Positions 1 to 14,863 of a DNA stretch of 64,000 nt are shown in pieces. The notes below the pieces were generated by a model. That model made no database searches. It saw only the letters and a list, made by a program, of their open reading frames with translations, and had not been told where the DNA came from. Each line of letters opens with the position of its first letter. The stretch's first letter is position 1. Position numbers and translations under genes: made by a program. Source of the stretch: Lingula anatina (lineage: Eukaryota; Animalia; Brachiopoda); the NCBI GenBank assembly GCA_051362555.1, contig CM120640.1:39472788-39536787 (forward strand), given 5' to 3'.

Positions 1-701
1 CGAAAAAATCCCAAATATGAGTGCCTTTACCTGATTGTCCACGTTTGTTCCATAAGTATTCAGTATTGGTTGAAAAGTTAATTTATAAGTAAAAAAAACA
101 ATTAGAATTTCACATCATTCTGCTTTACCAAACAGATATTTTGTCTCCTCGCTGAAGTAGGCCTACTGGTAGCAGTGAAGCTTTTCAATGTTACATGTAT
201 GTCACTTTTGATTGCCCTTGAGAGGTAGATAAAACTGATAAGCGTAAAAAAAGGGTTGAGTTCACTTGCTATCTTGTTTGATTCTTGAACGAAATATTGC
301 ATCCTGGTTCATTGCCTCGTTAAATGCTCAATGCTATTACACTGCATTTCTCATGAACTCACCTGATCCGCGCGTTGTTGTAAATGATACTGTATTTCGG
401 CGCGTGTGCCTTGGATTAAAAGGTTTCGTAGTATGTGACAGAAGGCTGTAGAGGGGCTTTTATTAACTAGGTTTCGGTGATGAGGGATTTGTCTCGAATT
501 GATAACATTAATACTTCTCCTTATCAGTGGTAGTTTAGAAATACATGTATGCGTGGAGTCAGCATATCGCAGCTTTTGATTATAACCATGATGAAAACTC
601 ATTAACCCCGGAGAAAAGTTGAATTAGTTTTAGAGATCGATTTCAATTTGTATTACAGGTGAACAAAGACGTCAAGGGTTTGCATAGCAACGCTGTACAA
701 G

Positions 702-837
702 ATAGAGTTTATTCGACCCAATCTACGTGATGCAATGAGATAACAGCTGATTAATCTGAATGGTTGGTTTAATACTTAGTTACACCAGACCAAGAAGGCA
801 TCTCCTTGACTAGACCGGGGTCATTTGCTCCAAGTGT
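702..837 (+). repeat. 136-bp dispersed repeat, copy 1
   Basis: Matches 4902-5037 in the same orientation with 4 mismatches and no gaps by manual alignment. Confidence 0.9.
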
Positions 838-3800
838 CTGATTGAATTTCAAGATGATGCTTGGATATACAAAATTATTTACAGAAAATGATTTGGTGAA
901 AAAAAAGTACAATTAGTCGTACATGATAATTTGTGGTTTGTTACGGTATTCCATGTGTGAAATTTGAGTACGGGCGGTAAAAAAATATTATAAATTATAC
1001 ACGTCAGGAGTGACCGCCATCGTCACGTTTTCATGATTCAAAGAAAAATGCGTTATGAGACACTCCGTACGTGTGCAGCGTGATTTCTTAAATGTTGAGG
1101 GCACTGGTTTTTCGTGCCGGTGCAATTCATAACCCTAAATATCGATATTAGAACAGTCAAGTTTAGACTCCAATTTACGAAAAACAATAATTACATCAAA
1201 AAGGGAAGTTATTGTCATTCGGATAAGAGGTGAAATTAATACAAGTTTCAAAATTAAAAATAATAAGCTTGTTGTGACATGGCTTACATAGCTTAAAAAC
1301 TTTCGATACAATATACCTCTTATGCAGAATTGTCTTCCAAAATAAATATTGGATGATTTATACTCACGCCTGTTTTAAATTTGTTTCGTGTAGACCGTTC
1401 TTCTCTGTAAAACTTAACTGGATCGGAATTACCAAAAGTACCATTCAGATTAATAATTTTTATGATAGACAACATAAACCACACGTTTCCTGTCACTAAG
1501 GCGTCTGTGGAGAACGCTGTGAATCAGTGTTTTCTGTGTCTAGGACTAACAGAGCGAGTTTAAAGTGTAATTTCTTGACACACGAAGCTATTGTTAATAC
1601 ATTCAACATGGGTCGATTGAAATGAATTCATTTTTCATTGATTACGAGACATCTTTAGGTGTTTGTTATTTTTGTAGTGCAAGTGGTCCATTACCGCTGT
1701 TTTATCTGCTTTCTGTATTTAACTGCTTCGAGCAAACATGAATTCAGTGGAGAGCTATTGTATAAGGGCACATGATACACGCGCAATATTAATTCTAAGT
1801 GAAGGGTCGCCTGTCTATTATTCCCTTCACCAGCCCGATGTCGGTATATAAATTGTCCAATACAGGTATGACTTCTAATCTTGTTCAACTGACTGGTATT
1901 TGTCAAGAAAACAAACTTTCCATTAGAGCTTAACGTATCAATAGACTTTCTAATGCTGGCTTAAACCAACTTCTCTCTGCTGGTAACCAGTACGCGGGTA
2001 TGCTATGCTACTTAAGATGGGCAAATATTTCACACCGCAACAGATTTCTGTGACATACGCCAACAAAGAGACGCTCACCTGACATGACAGCCGAGTGGTG
2101 CATCAAAAATGAAGGGTTCTGTGTCATGCATACACACCAGTTTAATAGGCCTCTATGTTTGTTCGCAGAAGGAGCGTTTGTTGATAACGTGGATAAACAA
2201 AGTTATAAGCAAACATGAAGTTTGTAGATTAGACTATGAGAAGGCTGTGTTATGAAAAAAATTTATTCGACTTCATGCCTTGAATACTGCAGATAACAGT
2301 ACAAAATATGACAAGATTTAAAGGAATGGGTTTGGATAAAAACGTGTTCTACCGGGGAAAATATAAAAAGAATAAAATTTGCGGTGCAGGGGACGAATTA
2401 CTGGAGGAAAATAAGCATAAATTGGATTTTGACCGCCGGGTCGATTCTTTTTCTTACTGTCTAATGTCAGCCTCACTTAATTTATTCATTTAAAACAATG
2501 CATAGAATCGAGTTTTCAAGGTCAATTTTTATATTTCGGTTGTCCAGACTAAAATTTATTACCATCCATCGCTATTACAAACTTTCGTACAACTCGTCAT
2601 CTCACATTTTTACACATAATGAAATTTCAAAGCTTTTAAGAATTAGACATCGCTGAAATTTCAGACGTGTTAAGAAACGTGTACAAATCACACTTAAGTT
2701 AAATAATGGCATGAATCGCAAAACTCTGTCTTTATTTCATGCCTAAATTTAATCCTTATGCTTATAAAGGAAATGCATGGGAAAGTCCGTAGAGTAACCG
2801 CAGTCTGGTGCACCCCACTAATCGGTCACGTATTTACTGATTGAAGATTTGTCAAAAATAACCCATTGGGTCGCCTGTGCCTGATCTGTGTCAACTGACA
2901 GACGTGATAACAACTGGTTTATTTCATACTCGAGCGGAAATTTGCTAAAAAGAAATGTGTGTTGAGCATACACACCAGAACACTAACAGAGTGTCGTATT
3001 CCTATTAAGCTAAGATTTACACATGCAATCCGCTTGATCGCCTAAACATGATCGCCTTAGCAACGCACCTTACCGACTCCAGTCCTTAATCTTACTTTGA
3101 ACAACTTCGTATTGGAAATAAATAAGAAAGGCTTTGGTGTATGTTCTATACCAATAAGCGCAACCTCGCCTTCTTTTCTGTCTATCAACATATCTTATTA
3201 GCATCTTTTCTCAGAGATGGAGTACGATGAATATTATTGCGATAGCGATAATCTGTCTCAACTACCACAATCAATAATTTTCTCTGGTTTGTTGCAAATG
3301 TGCTTAATGAAAATAACGATAAAAAAATAACGAAAAAAAGTTATAACGTATTTTACAAAGGCTATGGCCAAACAGTCACATAACTACAATAGTGAGATAA
3401 GTTAATATTCAGGGATTAAGAGCTATTAAGGATCATTCAATAATTGACATTCTAAGCACTTAATACATGTATGTGAGCTATTAAATGTAAATTGACTTAT
3501 CTGATTTGACTAATTGGTACAAGTTTTGCCAACCAAATTAAGATGATGTACAGGAGAAAATTTTGAAAACTTGTTAAATTTTGTAACAAATTAAACAAAC
3601 AATAATAACCAAAACATAGCCAAAAATCTATTTTTTACAGTAACGTTCATTTTCTTCTAGGTTTATTCACTGATGTCCGTTTGGGAATTTTAATATATTT
3701 CTCGACACTCATGCCAGTGTTTAGTGTCAGCTGGGAAGGCCAGCTGACTGAAACAATGTAAAGAGCAAGAGACACTCAGAAACAGGGTTTAAACTTTGAT

Positions 3801-4098
3801 AAATTGACAACTCTCATTATTGCAGTGTTACAAGAGTGCAAAAATGTGTTCATTAAGACTACATTAAAAATAATACATTAAGATATATTATATTAATAAA
3901 TTAAAGATAATATATTAAGATATTTGACTTCTCCTGCCACACCACTCCACAGAGCATGTGATATTACTTCCATACTCTTTTTTTCTGTACAAAATCACTA
4001 AAGACATTTTACAGCTTCATATGTAGCGATGTTCCTCTTCCACATATAGCTCATTTGGCTTCTTCAAAGCTGTTCCACTGGCTTTTCCATAATTCATG

Positions 4099-5692
<1,594 letters not shown>

Positions 5693-6336
5693 AATACAAC
5701 TTCAGAGACACAGTAAGAAATGTTATATTATCAGCTCAGCTGCAAGCAAGCAACCATGCTGGAAATGACCTCTACATGACCTTATCATTTACAAGACAAG
5801 CCACACGCTTAATGTGGCGTTAAACTTGAACGTTCGAGTTGAAGTCTTGGGCCATTCAAACTCATAACGTTGATATATACTTGTGTTAACTCGAGTTAAT
5901 GGGTCCCAGTTGTAGCAAATGTTGTTTGAACATTGAAGTTGAAACAGAAAGTATATGTTTTAAAATGGTTAAGGTGGTAACATACAACAGAACAAAATTA
6001 AAACATGCACTTGTTAAAAAAGCGAACTGAATTTAGAAACCAAAAAGCGTACATACCGTATAAATCAAATGTTACATGTACATCATAGAATAGAAATTGT
6101 TATATGGAGAGCAAAACTTAGTAAAAAACAGCTGATCATTCGCCCGGCTGGTCATTGTATTTCAGAATGAAACGTTTTATTTTCAAACCAGAAAGTTTCA
6201 TCTTACCCAAATACTTCTACAAGAAAATTATTACTTTACTATAAACTATAAGTTGAAAGAGCTCTTAATGAATGAGTTTCAGGATGAAAAATAAACATTA
6301 AAGAATAAACATAAAAAACGCCACCTGACGGTCATA

Positions 6337-6343
<7 letters not shown>

Positions 6344-6386
<43 letters not shown>
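6344..6386. repeat. (CT)n microsatellite between LYRM9 and the 3beta-HSD gene
   Basis: Uninterrupted CT run seen directly. Confidence 0.95.
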
Positions 6387-6389
<3 letters not shown>

Positions 6390-7503
6390 TTCCCTCCAAC
6401 ACACGAGTCGTGAACACGAGCACGGAAACATTTTTTCATTGAATTGGCCACAATTTTCATAATCTTTGACAGTAAAAAAGGTAGCATAGAAGTCGAAGAT
6501 ATTTGCTCTCCAAAGTATCTTTTCTTTTTCACTCAAAGAACGGGAATGGGAATGGCGTTGTGTGGTCGTGGCTTATCTTTATTTTCTTGGTACATTGATC
6601 ATTTATCATATTCCAAAAAGTTGTACCACATACATGCACATGTACAAGGCACAGGAAAGTTTCGTACAGACATTATTCGTTTCAATATATATATTTTTTA
6701 CATTCTCTTGGTTTATTTAGAGCTTTGATCAATTTAGTTATCCAATTCATCTTCATTATGACTTCATATTATTTTATTTCGCTTATTATTCGTTATCAAC
6801 TTTTTACTTCTCATTTACATAATTCAGATATTGAGATGAATGTGAACTGTGCCCAGGGTCACTTTTTACATAGAACCTATATTATTCAGATAAGTCGCCC
6901 AACTATATCCACAAATTCACACTGGGTTAGCTTTTTCTGTCTTTGAAGAGCTGCTCCATTATTAATCCCGCCATCTGCCGCTTAGACGTCTCTAGACAAT
7001 CCTCTTTACGTCTTATTGGATACCTGGGAGTGACAATGAAGAGGATCGAAGTTGCAGACGCAACGAGTGAAAATGTCATCGCAGATCTTTCCAAGTCCTA
7101 ACAGTTCCGAGTTTGTGATGTTTTCCAAGCTCTCGACACTCTTTGCCGGGTTTTACAGGTGAGTCTTTCACATACCTACTACAGTATTACTACCTACTTT
7201 TTTTAAAAATCCTATCTTAATTTGTTTTTTTTTATATTCCTTGAAAGGGATTCCCCTTATGTTTTCTTAAATTTAACTAGGATTTTTCATCTGATCTTAC
7301 TTTCTAATCTTACAATATGGAACATACCGAAAAAAAAATGAAAAAGGGTCAGATATTATAATATTTTTTAAACGCCAAAAGGTCGAAAAAAGAAAGCAAA
7401 GTCAAATTTACTTTTAAAAAATAGTACACGAACTTTTAAATTGAATAGATTATCAGCGGCTGGTGTGGTTCTGAAGAACAAGGACAGTGAACAAACACTC
7501 AAT

Positions 7504-9322
7504 ATGCGAGAAATAAACAGTGTGGTCGAGCCTCAGAGCGTGATACTTATAACAGGAGGGGCAGGGTTTCTTGGGCAACACATTGTCAAACTCATCCAAG
7601 AACGAAGACCTGATGTCAAAGAAATAAGGGTTTTTGATATCAAGCCATACTTAAATCAGTTAGGTAATGTATTTTCATGAAAATTTACTCAGTAAAGGGA
7701 AACATTTGTGTTATTTACTTTTAACTGTACATATTGCTTTAAACATACAGCATGTGCCTGTAGAAGTGCCTGTAGTATTCTCTTATTATTGATCACAAAA
7801 AAGATTATATGCGTGTAGACCAATACATCAAATATACGCACATTTTGTGAGCTGTAACATCATTTTGTATTCTAGACCACCCAGAAAGCAAGCCTATTAA
7901 GAGCTTTGTCGGTGACGTGCGCTCTCTGCATGATCTTCTCAAGGCGTTCGATGGCGTCGATACTGTAATCCATACAGCGGGGTTGATAAGTTACGGAACA
8001 TTTCCCGATTTAGAGGGCATGCAACAGATTAATGTCAAAGGTATACACACTAAGTATAATTTTCAGATATACCCAAAAGTAACCCTGGTAATTAGCAGTG
8101 AAAGTTAAAGATAGGAAAAGAAAATTTCCTTCTCCCCTTCTCTTTCTCTGTCTCTCTCTTTCGCGCGCTCGCGCACTGCGGTCACTTGCGACAAAGTTGG
8201 GGATGAATGGGGTGCGACGAAATGACAACTGACAGAGTTGTGCGCATTCTGACTGTTTTCACGCATAACTATATTATTTATAATTTTTAGTTTTCTTTAT
8301 TTGAATGTTTTATCTGTGACTTGGCATGTCTTGTTGTTCTGACACTGTATTTTGAAACTTCAGAAAGTTTTTACAAACACTGTTCTCCAACTTTTAAAAA
8401 CTAGGTACTAAAAATGTAATAGAGGCTTGCTTGAAGCAGAATGTACCCCGTCTTGTTTATACTAGCACTGTGGATGTGGTGATTGGGTTTGAGGAGATCA
8501 TAAACGGAGACGAAGATAAAACGACGAAGCCCAGAAAGTTTCTTTTTCCTGGGTACCCTCAGACGAAATCTGAAGCAGAAAAGTGCGTCCTTCAAGCAAA
8601 CGCCACCCCACTTTCAAAAGGTTAGAATTGAAATTTTATGCATGTTTTTAGCTAATTTACATGTACCTCTTTAATAATAATTATCATTGTTTTTTCTTTT
8701 ATATCTGGAACGTAGATTTGCAATAACAAAAGACCCGCTCTTTACTTTGTCTATTTCAGGTGATGGGTCTGTCCTTCAGACTGTGGCATTGCGACCAAAT
8801 GTCATGTACGGCGAGAGAGATCCTCATTACGTCACAAACGCACTGGCAAATGCCAAAGCTCGCGGTGGTGTTCTGACACGAGTCGGGAGAGGCGACGCTT
8901 TATTTCAGCAAGCTTACGTCGGGAATGTCGCCTGGGCGCATCTGAAAGCAGAAGAAGCTATGAGACGTCAAGACAGTAGAGCTGGCGGACACGCCTTCTT
9001 TATAACCGATGCCACGCCCTTGGTCAACACCTTTTCGTTCATGAAGCCGTACCTGTCTGTCAAGGGATACCGCCTATCCTCTTATTTCCTCCCGTACACA
9101 CTAGTCTATTCAGCGTTATATGTAACTGAATGGGCGCTGTGGTTGGTTTCACCCTTCGTGAAAATTAACTTGAAAACACCACTGTGCAGCTTAATCTATG
9201 TCAACAAGACGATCTTTTTCAACAGCGATAAAGCAAAAAATGTGTTGGGGTACGTTCCCATATATACCCCAGAAGAAGCCGAAGAAATGACTAAACGATA
9301 CTATTTGAATAGTGACTGTTAA
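7504..9322 (+). CDS. 3beta-hydroxysteroid dehydrogenase/isomerase family SDR (HSD3B/HSD3B7-like), 367 aa, 4 coding exons
   Basis: Exons 7504-7663, 7876-8040, 8405-8620, 8760-9322, all GT-AG, phase 1. Motifs: Rossmann TGGAGFLG, acidic residue in VRVFD-type position (IRVFD, NAD preference), NVKGT, YTST, catalytic YPQTK, LRPNVMYGERD, YVGNVAWAH. Probable upstream non-coding exon ends at the donor CAG|gtgagt (7158/7159). Confidence 0.93.
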
Positions 9323-10664
9323 ATATTTGCATTGCATTAGACTTTAATTTTATTTCTATAATCAAGCATACGATTCTACTCGAAATTTGTCAGTTGGTCA
9401 CTGCAGATGTTGACTACAAGTTGACCTTTATCGAAATGATGTACATATCATTTCTTTCTAACATGCATTTATGCCATTGTCTGATGAAACAAAAGTAATA
9501 CATTATATTTTTCTGAAACTATTAACTTTATGTTATGCACAGAAGACGTAATAGCTTATTTTATTTGTATTATTATTTGTTCTGTATTGACTTCTTTATC
9601 TCCTTTTCTGTCAATAACTGGTATGCATATTTTAGTATTGTGCAAAGGATTGTTTGTAAAATGTTATCTTCCATGATGAGACATTTGAATGTATTAAAAC
9701 AATCAGAAGTCATTTTACTTCAACCGTGTTTGTTGCTGTTGACTGATTATCCATGAAATAATGATTTCGATACCACATCTCTTTTGCATGCAAGTGTTTC
9801 ACTTTTTGAAACTTTGAATGCTTCAATATATTGACGTCCTTGATCATGCTGACTATCAGGGCATATAATTTCACATGCTCGTTTCTGAACTGTTTCCGTT
9901 CTGTCACTTCGTTGTTTTGTAAGAAGCAGGTATCAAACTGGGTGACACTACATGTGAAAGATAAATCATAATTAATACGTGAAAAAGATTATATTTGCTG
10001 TGGTGCAAATGCATTCTTTCAATCTTGAAAGAGTATTAAAATCGATGACATACCATTGTTTTAATTATTTACCACGAAGGAAAATTCTTTTGTTTACGTC
10101 AAATCCATAATGCCACGAGGTAGCCTAGGTGAAAATATAAAACAAACATTCCGACTACATTGGTGTCTCATCTTCCAAATAATTATGATATATGAGAATA
10201 CATTAACATTTTCTCACATTCAAGGCAGGTAAAGTAACCGACAAACTGCCCTTAAATGTCCTTGAGATGCAGGTCGCACTATTTATAGATCAGTTCAAGC
10301 TTTATACACGTGCTGGCCGTTTTTCTTTTCCCTAGGCTGGGTAGTATATGAGGGCACTGTGTGTGACCTGACGCTGTGAGTGTTTAACTGAACACAGGTA
10401 AATGTCTCATTTGGGTGTGGATCTCTGACAGAAGGCAGGAAAATGCTATTTTGATTCAAGAGTCAAGACTGCTCCGAGGCGGAAGTCATGTGTATCACAC
10501 ATTTCCAGCATGTGTTATATAAGCTAATAGGTGAAACGCAGAGTTTCCATGACATGTCAAAGGTATAGGGGAGGGCGTTAGGGGGTTAAGAATAAGAAAG
10601 ATGCATCGTTTATTTCAAAAATATAAATTGAGTTGAAACAAAGAGCATATTTTGCTGTCTAGTA

Positions 10665-13254
10665 ATGGAAGCAATAAGCCTCATAGCGAGAGGTCACCTT
10701 GACAAGGATGTTACTACTGTTGTGCTTTCATTCATAGGCGGTGTACTATTGATTTTGTTTTTATACATCGGCGTGAAAAGGGAGGGAGGAAAAGTATTAT
10801 GCGGGCCAACCCCATGGCCTGTGATAGGCAACGTCTTACAGATAAACCTGAAGAAGCCCCACTTGACTCTGGCAAAATGGGCAAGAGAATACGGCGATGT
10901 GTATGCCATACGACTGTTCAAACAAAATATCATTGTTTTATCTGGAGAAGAGTCTATAAGGGAAGCCCTGCTCCTGAGAGCCAACGATTTCGCCGGGCGT
11001 CCCAAGCTGTACAGGACTGACCTTCAGGAACGGAGTCTACACGATATCGTGTGGCAGACCTTCACTCCGAGGTGGCTGGCACTCAGGAAGATAGTCCACA
11101 GGTCTTTGAGGGCGTACGGTCTGGGCCTGAGAGAAATCGAAGCGAAGTCCATGCACGAGATCAATAGACTGCTAGATATATTTGAGTCAAAGAGGGGTGC
11201 TGCGTTTGATCCTCACATGGAGATCTATACCACAGTTGCCAATATTATGTTAGTCTTGGTTAGTGCATTAAATTTAATATACAAAATTAGTAATAATTCG
11301 ATTAAGCGCAGAATTGGTTCAGGAAATAGTGAGATATACATTTTTCATCCTAAGCTAAGTTTTGTGTCAAATTTGATTTGATTTAAGTGACTGTTTTATC
11401 AAGTCATCTTCCTTCTTGTTTTTTATGTGTTTCTAAAACCATAATTTTACAATTATTTTCTCATATCAGCTTGTAGGCAAAAGTCTTCCTTATGGCCACA
11501 GGGATATTTACAACATCAAGCGCCTCAACGAGCTATTTAACGAAGGTTTTAGCGCTGGACAGAGCCGTTTGTTAGATCTGTTGCCATGGTTACGATATAC
11601 AGGAATAAAATCTTTCAACCAGTTATCAGAAGGTCTACAAATCAGGGAAGACTTACATGCTAGATACGTCGAACCTCTCAAGGTATAGTTTAATTTTGAA
11701 TAAATCGCATCTTCTCGTAAAATATCCGCATAAATTTTATTTAATTGCAAGTGGTTGATAACCATCCGTTTTCACCATTTGATGTAAATAAGAATGGCAT
11801 GTTTAAATTTTTAATGTTTTCTGTACTATGCAGGGTAGTTTTGATCCTGAGAATGTGAAATGTGTGGTGGAATCTCTTATCCTTGCTCACAAGAATACTC
11901 ACCATCTATCTGGTCATGCGGGCCATATCGGCGAAGAGTCCATTAGAGAAGCTTTTACAAATTTGATTTTGGCAGGTAGATTGTAAATTCAAGTCTTTAC
12001 ACTTTGGGTCTTATTGTACTATACGGGGCGTAAAAGTTTTCAATTAAGAAGTCATGATGCTTGGAATTATAAGCTCTTCTGTTCTAACACAGCACTGCCG
12101 CATTATGTTTTATTTATTTATTTATTTTATTTATTTATCGACGTTTCGCACCAATCCAAGAAAAAAAGAGTTAAGAGTTGGGAGCAGTTAATCGGTAGGT
12201 CAGTCCATCTTAATAACTTTGCATTGTTCTCTACAGGAACCGACACAACGTTCACTGCCATCATCTGTTTCATCCTCCTAATGGCGTCTCATCCGGACGT
12301 CCAGGACCGGCTTCGTGACGAGATCGATCAAGTGGTTGGCAAAGACCGCCAGCCCTCTCTCAGTGACCGGCAGAATATGCCGTACATGGGTGCGACGCTG
12401 TTCGAGCTGTTAAGATACATCTCTCACATTCCCCTGGCTATTCCGCACTGTACCACTGTCGATACCCAGGTCATGGGGTACTCTATACCAAAGGATACTC
12501 AGGTATATATTCGTGGATCGTTCAAAACTTTAGCGACGGATCCTTTCACATGCGTCTATCATAACGATATAGAATAGTTATCTCTGAGAAATAGGTTTTG
12601 ACTACAGGGTTCGTGAAAAAAGTTTGGACTTCAGTCAAAACCACGGGGATAGAATTGTAAAGGTAGCATACTACGTTTTCATGTAAAAGGAATACGTCCA
12701 GCGTAGTCTTATTTAACCAAATCAAATATAGAGTAAATGACATTAGAAAAATAATTTCTGATAATTATCTCCCAGATCTACATAAATCTCTGGGGCCTGC
12801 ACCACGATGAACGTTATTGGGAGCGGCCGTGGACGTTCGACCCGTCACGTTTCCTGGACGAAAATGGTCACGTACTGCCACCTGATCATGCTACTCGAAA
12901 AAGGTGCGTTTATACATACGCTCAAAATTGCACGTAGTCACCCTTAATTGTTTTCTTTACACAATTCACTTCTCTTTTACTTTAACATAGATTACATTCA
13001 AAAATGCACTCATAAACCACTCATTTTTTCTTATTGCCCTCTGTTACAGGCTCCTTACTTTTAGTGCAGGCCGGAGAGTATGTCTTGGTGAGGCTTTAGC
13101 AAAGAGCCGACTTTTCCTCTTTACATCGTCGCTACTTCAAAGGTTTACATTACAGCCCGACGGTGTGCTACCGTCAACAGACCCGAGAGACTTTGAGATG
13201 GGCCTAGTCCTCCACCCAGATAACTTCAAAATTAAGGCAGTGCCAAGACTATGA
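10665..13254 (+). CDS. Microsomal cytochrome P450, clan 2 (CYP17/CYP1/CYP21-like), 515 aa, 6 exons
   Basis: Exons 10665-11258, 11470-11682, 11834-11975, 12237-12502, 12776-12903, 13050-13254 join in frame. N-terminal TM helix, proline hinge [16 protein letters not shown]-helix WLALR, I-helix AGTDTT, K-helix ELLR, FDPSRF meander, haem motif [11 protein letters not shown]. The family number cannot be assigned without a tree. Confidence 0.93.
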
Positions 13255-14863
13255 CCATGCTTTATCATACGTGGGTAATTGCAAGGACTTTTGTCTGACA
13301 GTATCTTTTTTCTTAGCAGCTAGATTGGCTACAACATTTCTTTTTGTCACACTTCTTTCCTGCCTGCGACTTCAGAAGAGTGTAGTCACAAAGACAACTC
13401 ATTTTGTTTGTCCGCGAGTGATGTTAATAAAAGTTGCCTTTTTAAAAAATATTTTATCCTCACGGTGTGTTCTTTTTTGCGCTACGGTAGACTTCGCATT
13501 ACTCGGCATAAAGATGATCTCGTTTATATGGCATCATCTGAATCTTGTGAACATTTCCCCCAACTCATTTCTCAACTAAGTTTCTGTCCCCAGTACCAGA
13601 GTTATGCGAAGACTGCTTTAGTCCCACTAATCACAACAGAATCTTCCATCACTCCGGAATGAGTGTTTAGTGATCACATGCCATTGAAAATACTGATAAG
13701 ATTATCAACAAAGTTCAAGGCATGGCTCAAGATTCAGATTCTAGAAGACTACATGACCAGCTAAATATTGTTTGCATACAATCTTAACAGATTTGAATTA
13801 CCTCATCTAGTGTTGAAAGTCTTCCTATAGTTCACCAAAGTCTATTAATAAACATCAACATAAAATTTATATGACTCATCAATGAGTTTTTTATCTGTAT
13901 TTTATTCATCTTTTCTGGGTGTACAAAATCTTCCTGGGGGCAATTTCCTGACCCTGTATTCAACAACTCCACGTCATGAAATGCCAATAGATCCAACTCT
14001 TGTAACATCCTCTCTCCAGATCCTTTGGCATCTAGGTGCAACTTCACACTGAACAGTTTTAGGTAAAATTCTTTTCTGCCCCCCTTTCCAACATAACCAA
14101 CATCTAAAACTCTCGGGTCATCTTCTCTTCCATTTACTTAAAATTATTTTTAATATGAATTCTTTGGAAGGGATATCTTTATTTATCCTCAACACTGACT
14201 TGACTGACTTAATCCTTTTAATTCAGTGAAAAGCCTCAAGATCTTCTTCACTGAAATCATGATCAATTATTCTATTTGAAACTTGTATTTCTTGGATTCT
14301 TGATTTTTTTTATAACAACAACAATAACAGCAGCAGCAACAGCAGTTTAGCTCAATTTCCTGGTCTTGAACTAACGAGTACTTCTTTAGGGTAGAATCTT
14401 CTTTCTTTACCTAAAAAAAATGATTTTTGATAATATATATTCATTTATGGTGCTCCTTCTGCACCAAAGAAAACTTGGTTTAAGACAGTTACCAAAAGTA
14501 CAAAATCTATATTAATTCTTACTGGGTCCATCACAAAGCATTAAATAAATAACTTGTATTAAGTCTTCACTGAGTTAATACAAAACCTTTTCACCATATG
14601 ACAACACATCAATCACTGGTCTATGAGTACCATTGTTATAAATAAATCGATAATATGAAACTTCTCAAATTTAAATAGTGACATATAAAAAAAAAAATAA
14701 ATAAATAAATAAAATAAACAAATAAATAAAATTTTAAGAATTCAACACATGAAAAGAGACACGCTCCCAAGAAAACTTCCCCTCGCCCAAATTAATGTGC
14801 ATGAATAAGTTCCAATGGTAACAGTGTGACGTGCACTAACATCTAGCCACGTACCAGTTATGT

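Noticed and set aside
1-3600. Short ORFs and isolated splice-like sites (e.g. minus-strand donor near 30)
   Set aside because: No recognisable protein and no consistent exon chain; may be regulatory or the 5' flank of a gene outside the window.
6279-6536. ERERER / REREER ORFs
   Set aside because: Translation of the (CT)n microsatellite.
13271-14140. ORFs of 70-100 aa on both strands between the P450 and ATXN2 3' ends, including TGA-interrupted minus-strand frames (pseudogene or selenoprotein idea)
   Set aside because: No recognisable homology, no SECIS-like structure identified, and the position fits convergent 3'UTRs. A TBLASTX search would settle it.
14322-14345. Short CAA/CAG run near ATXN2 as a polyglutamine tract
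   Set aside because: It lies downstream of the stop codon and reads CTG/TTG on the coding strand; the protein has no SCA2-type N-terminal polyQ.
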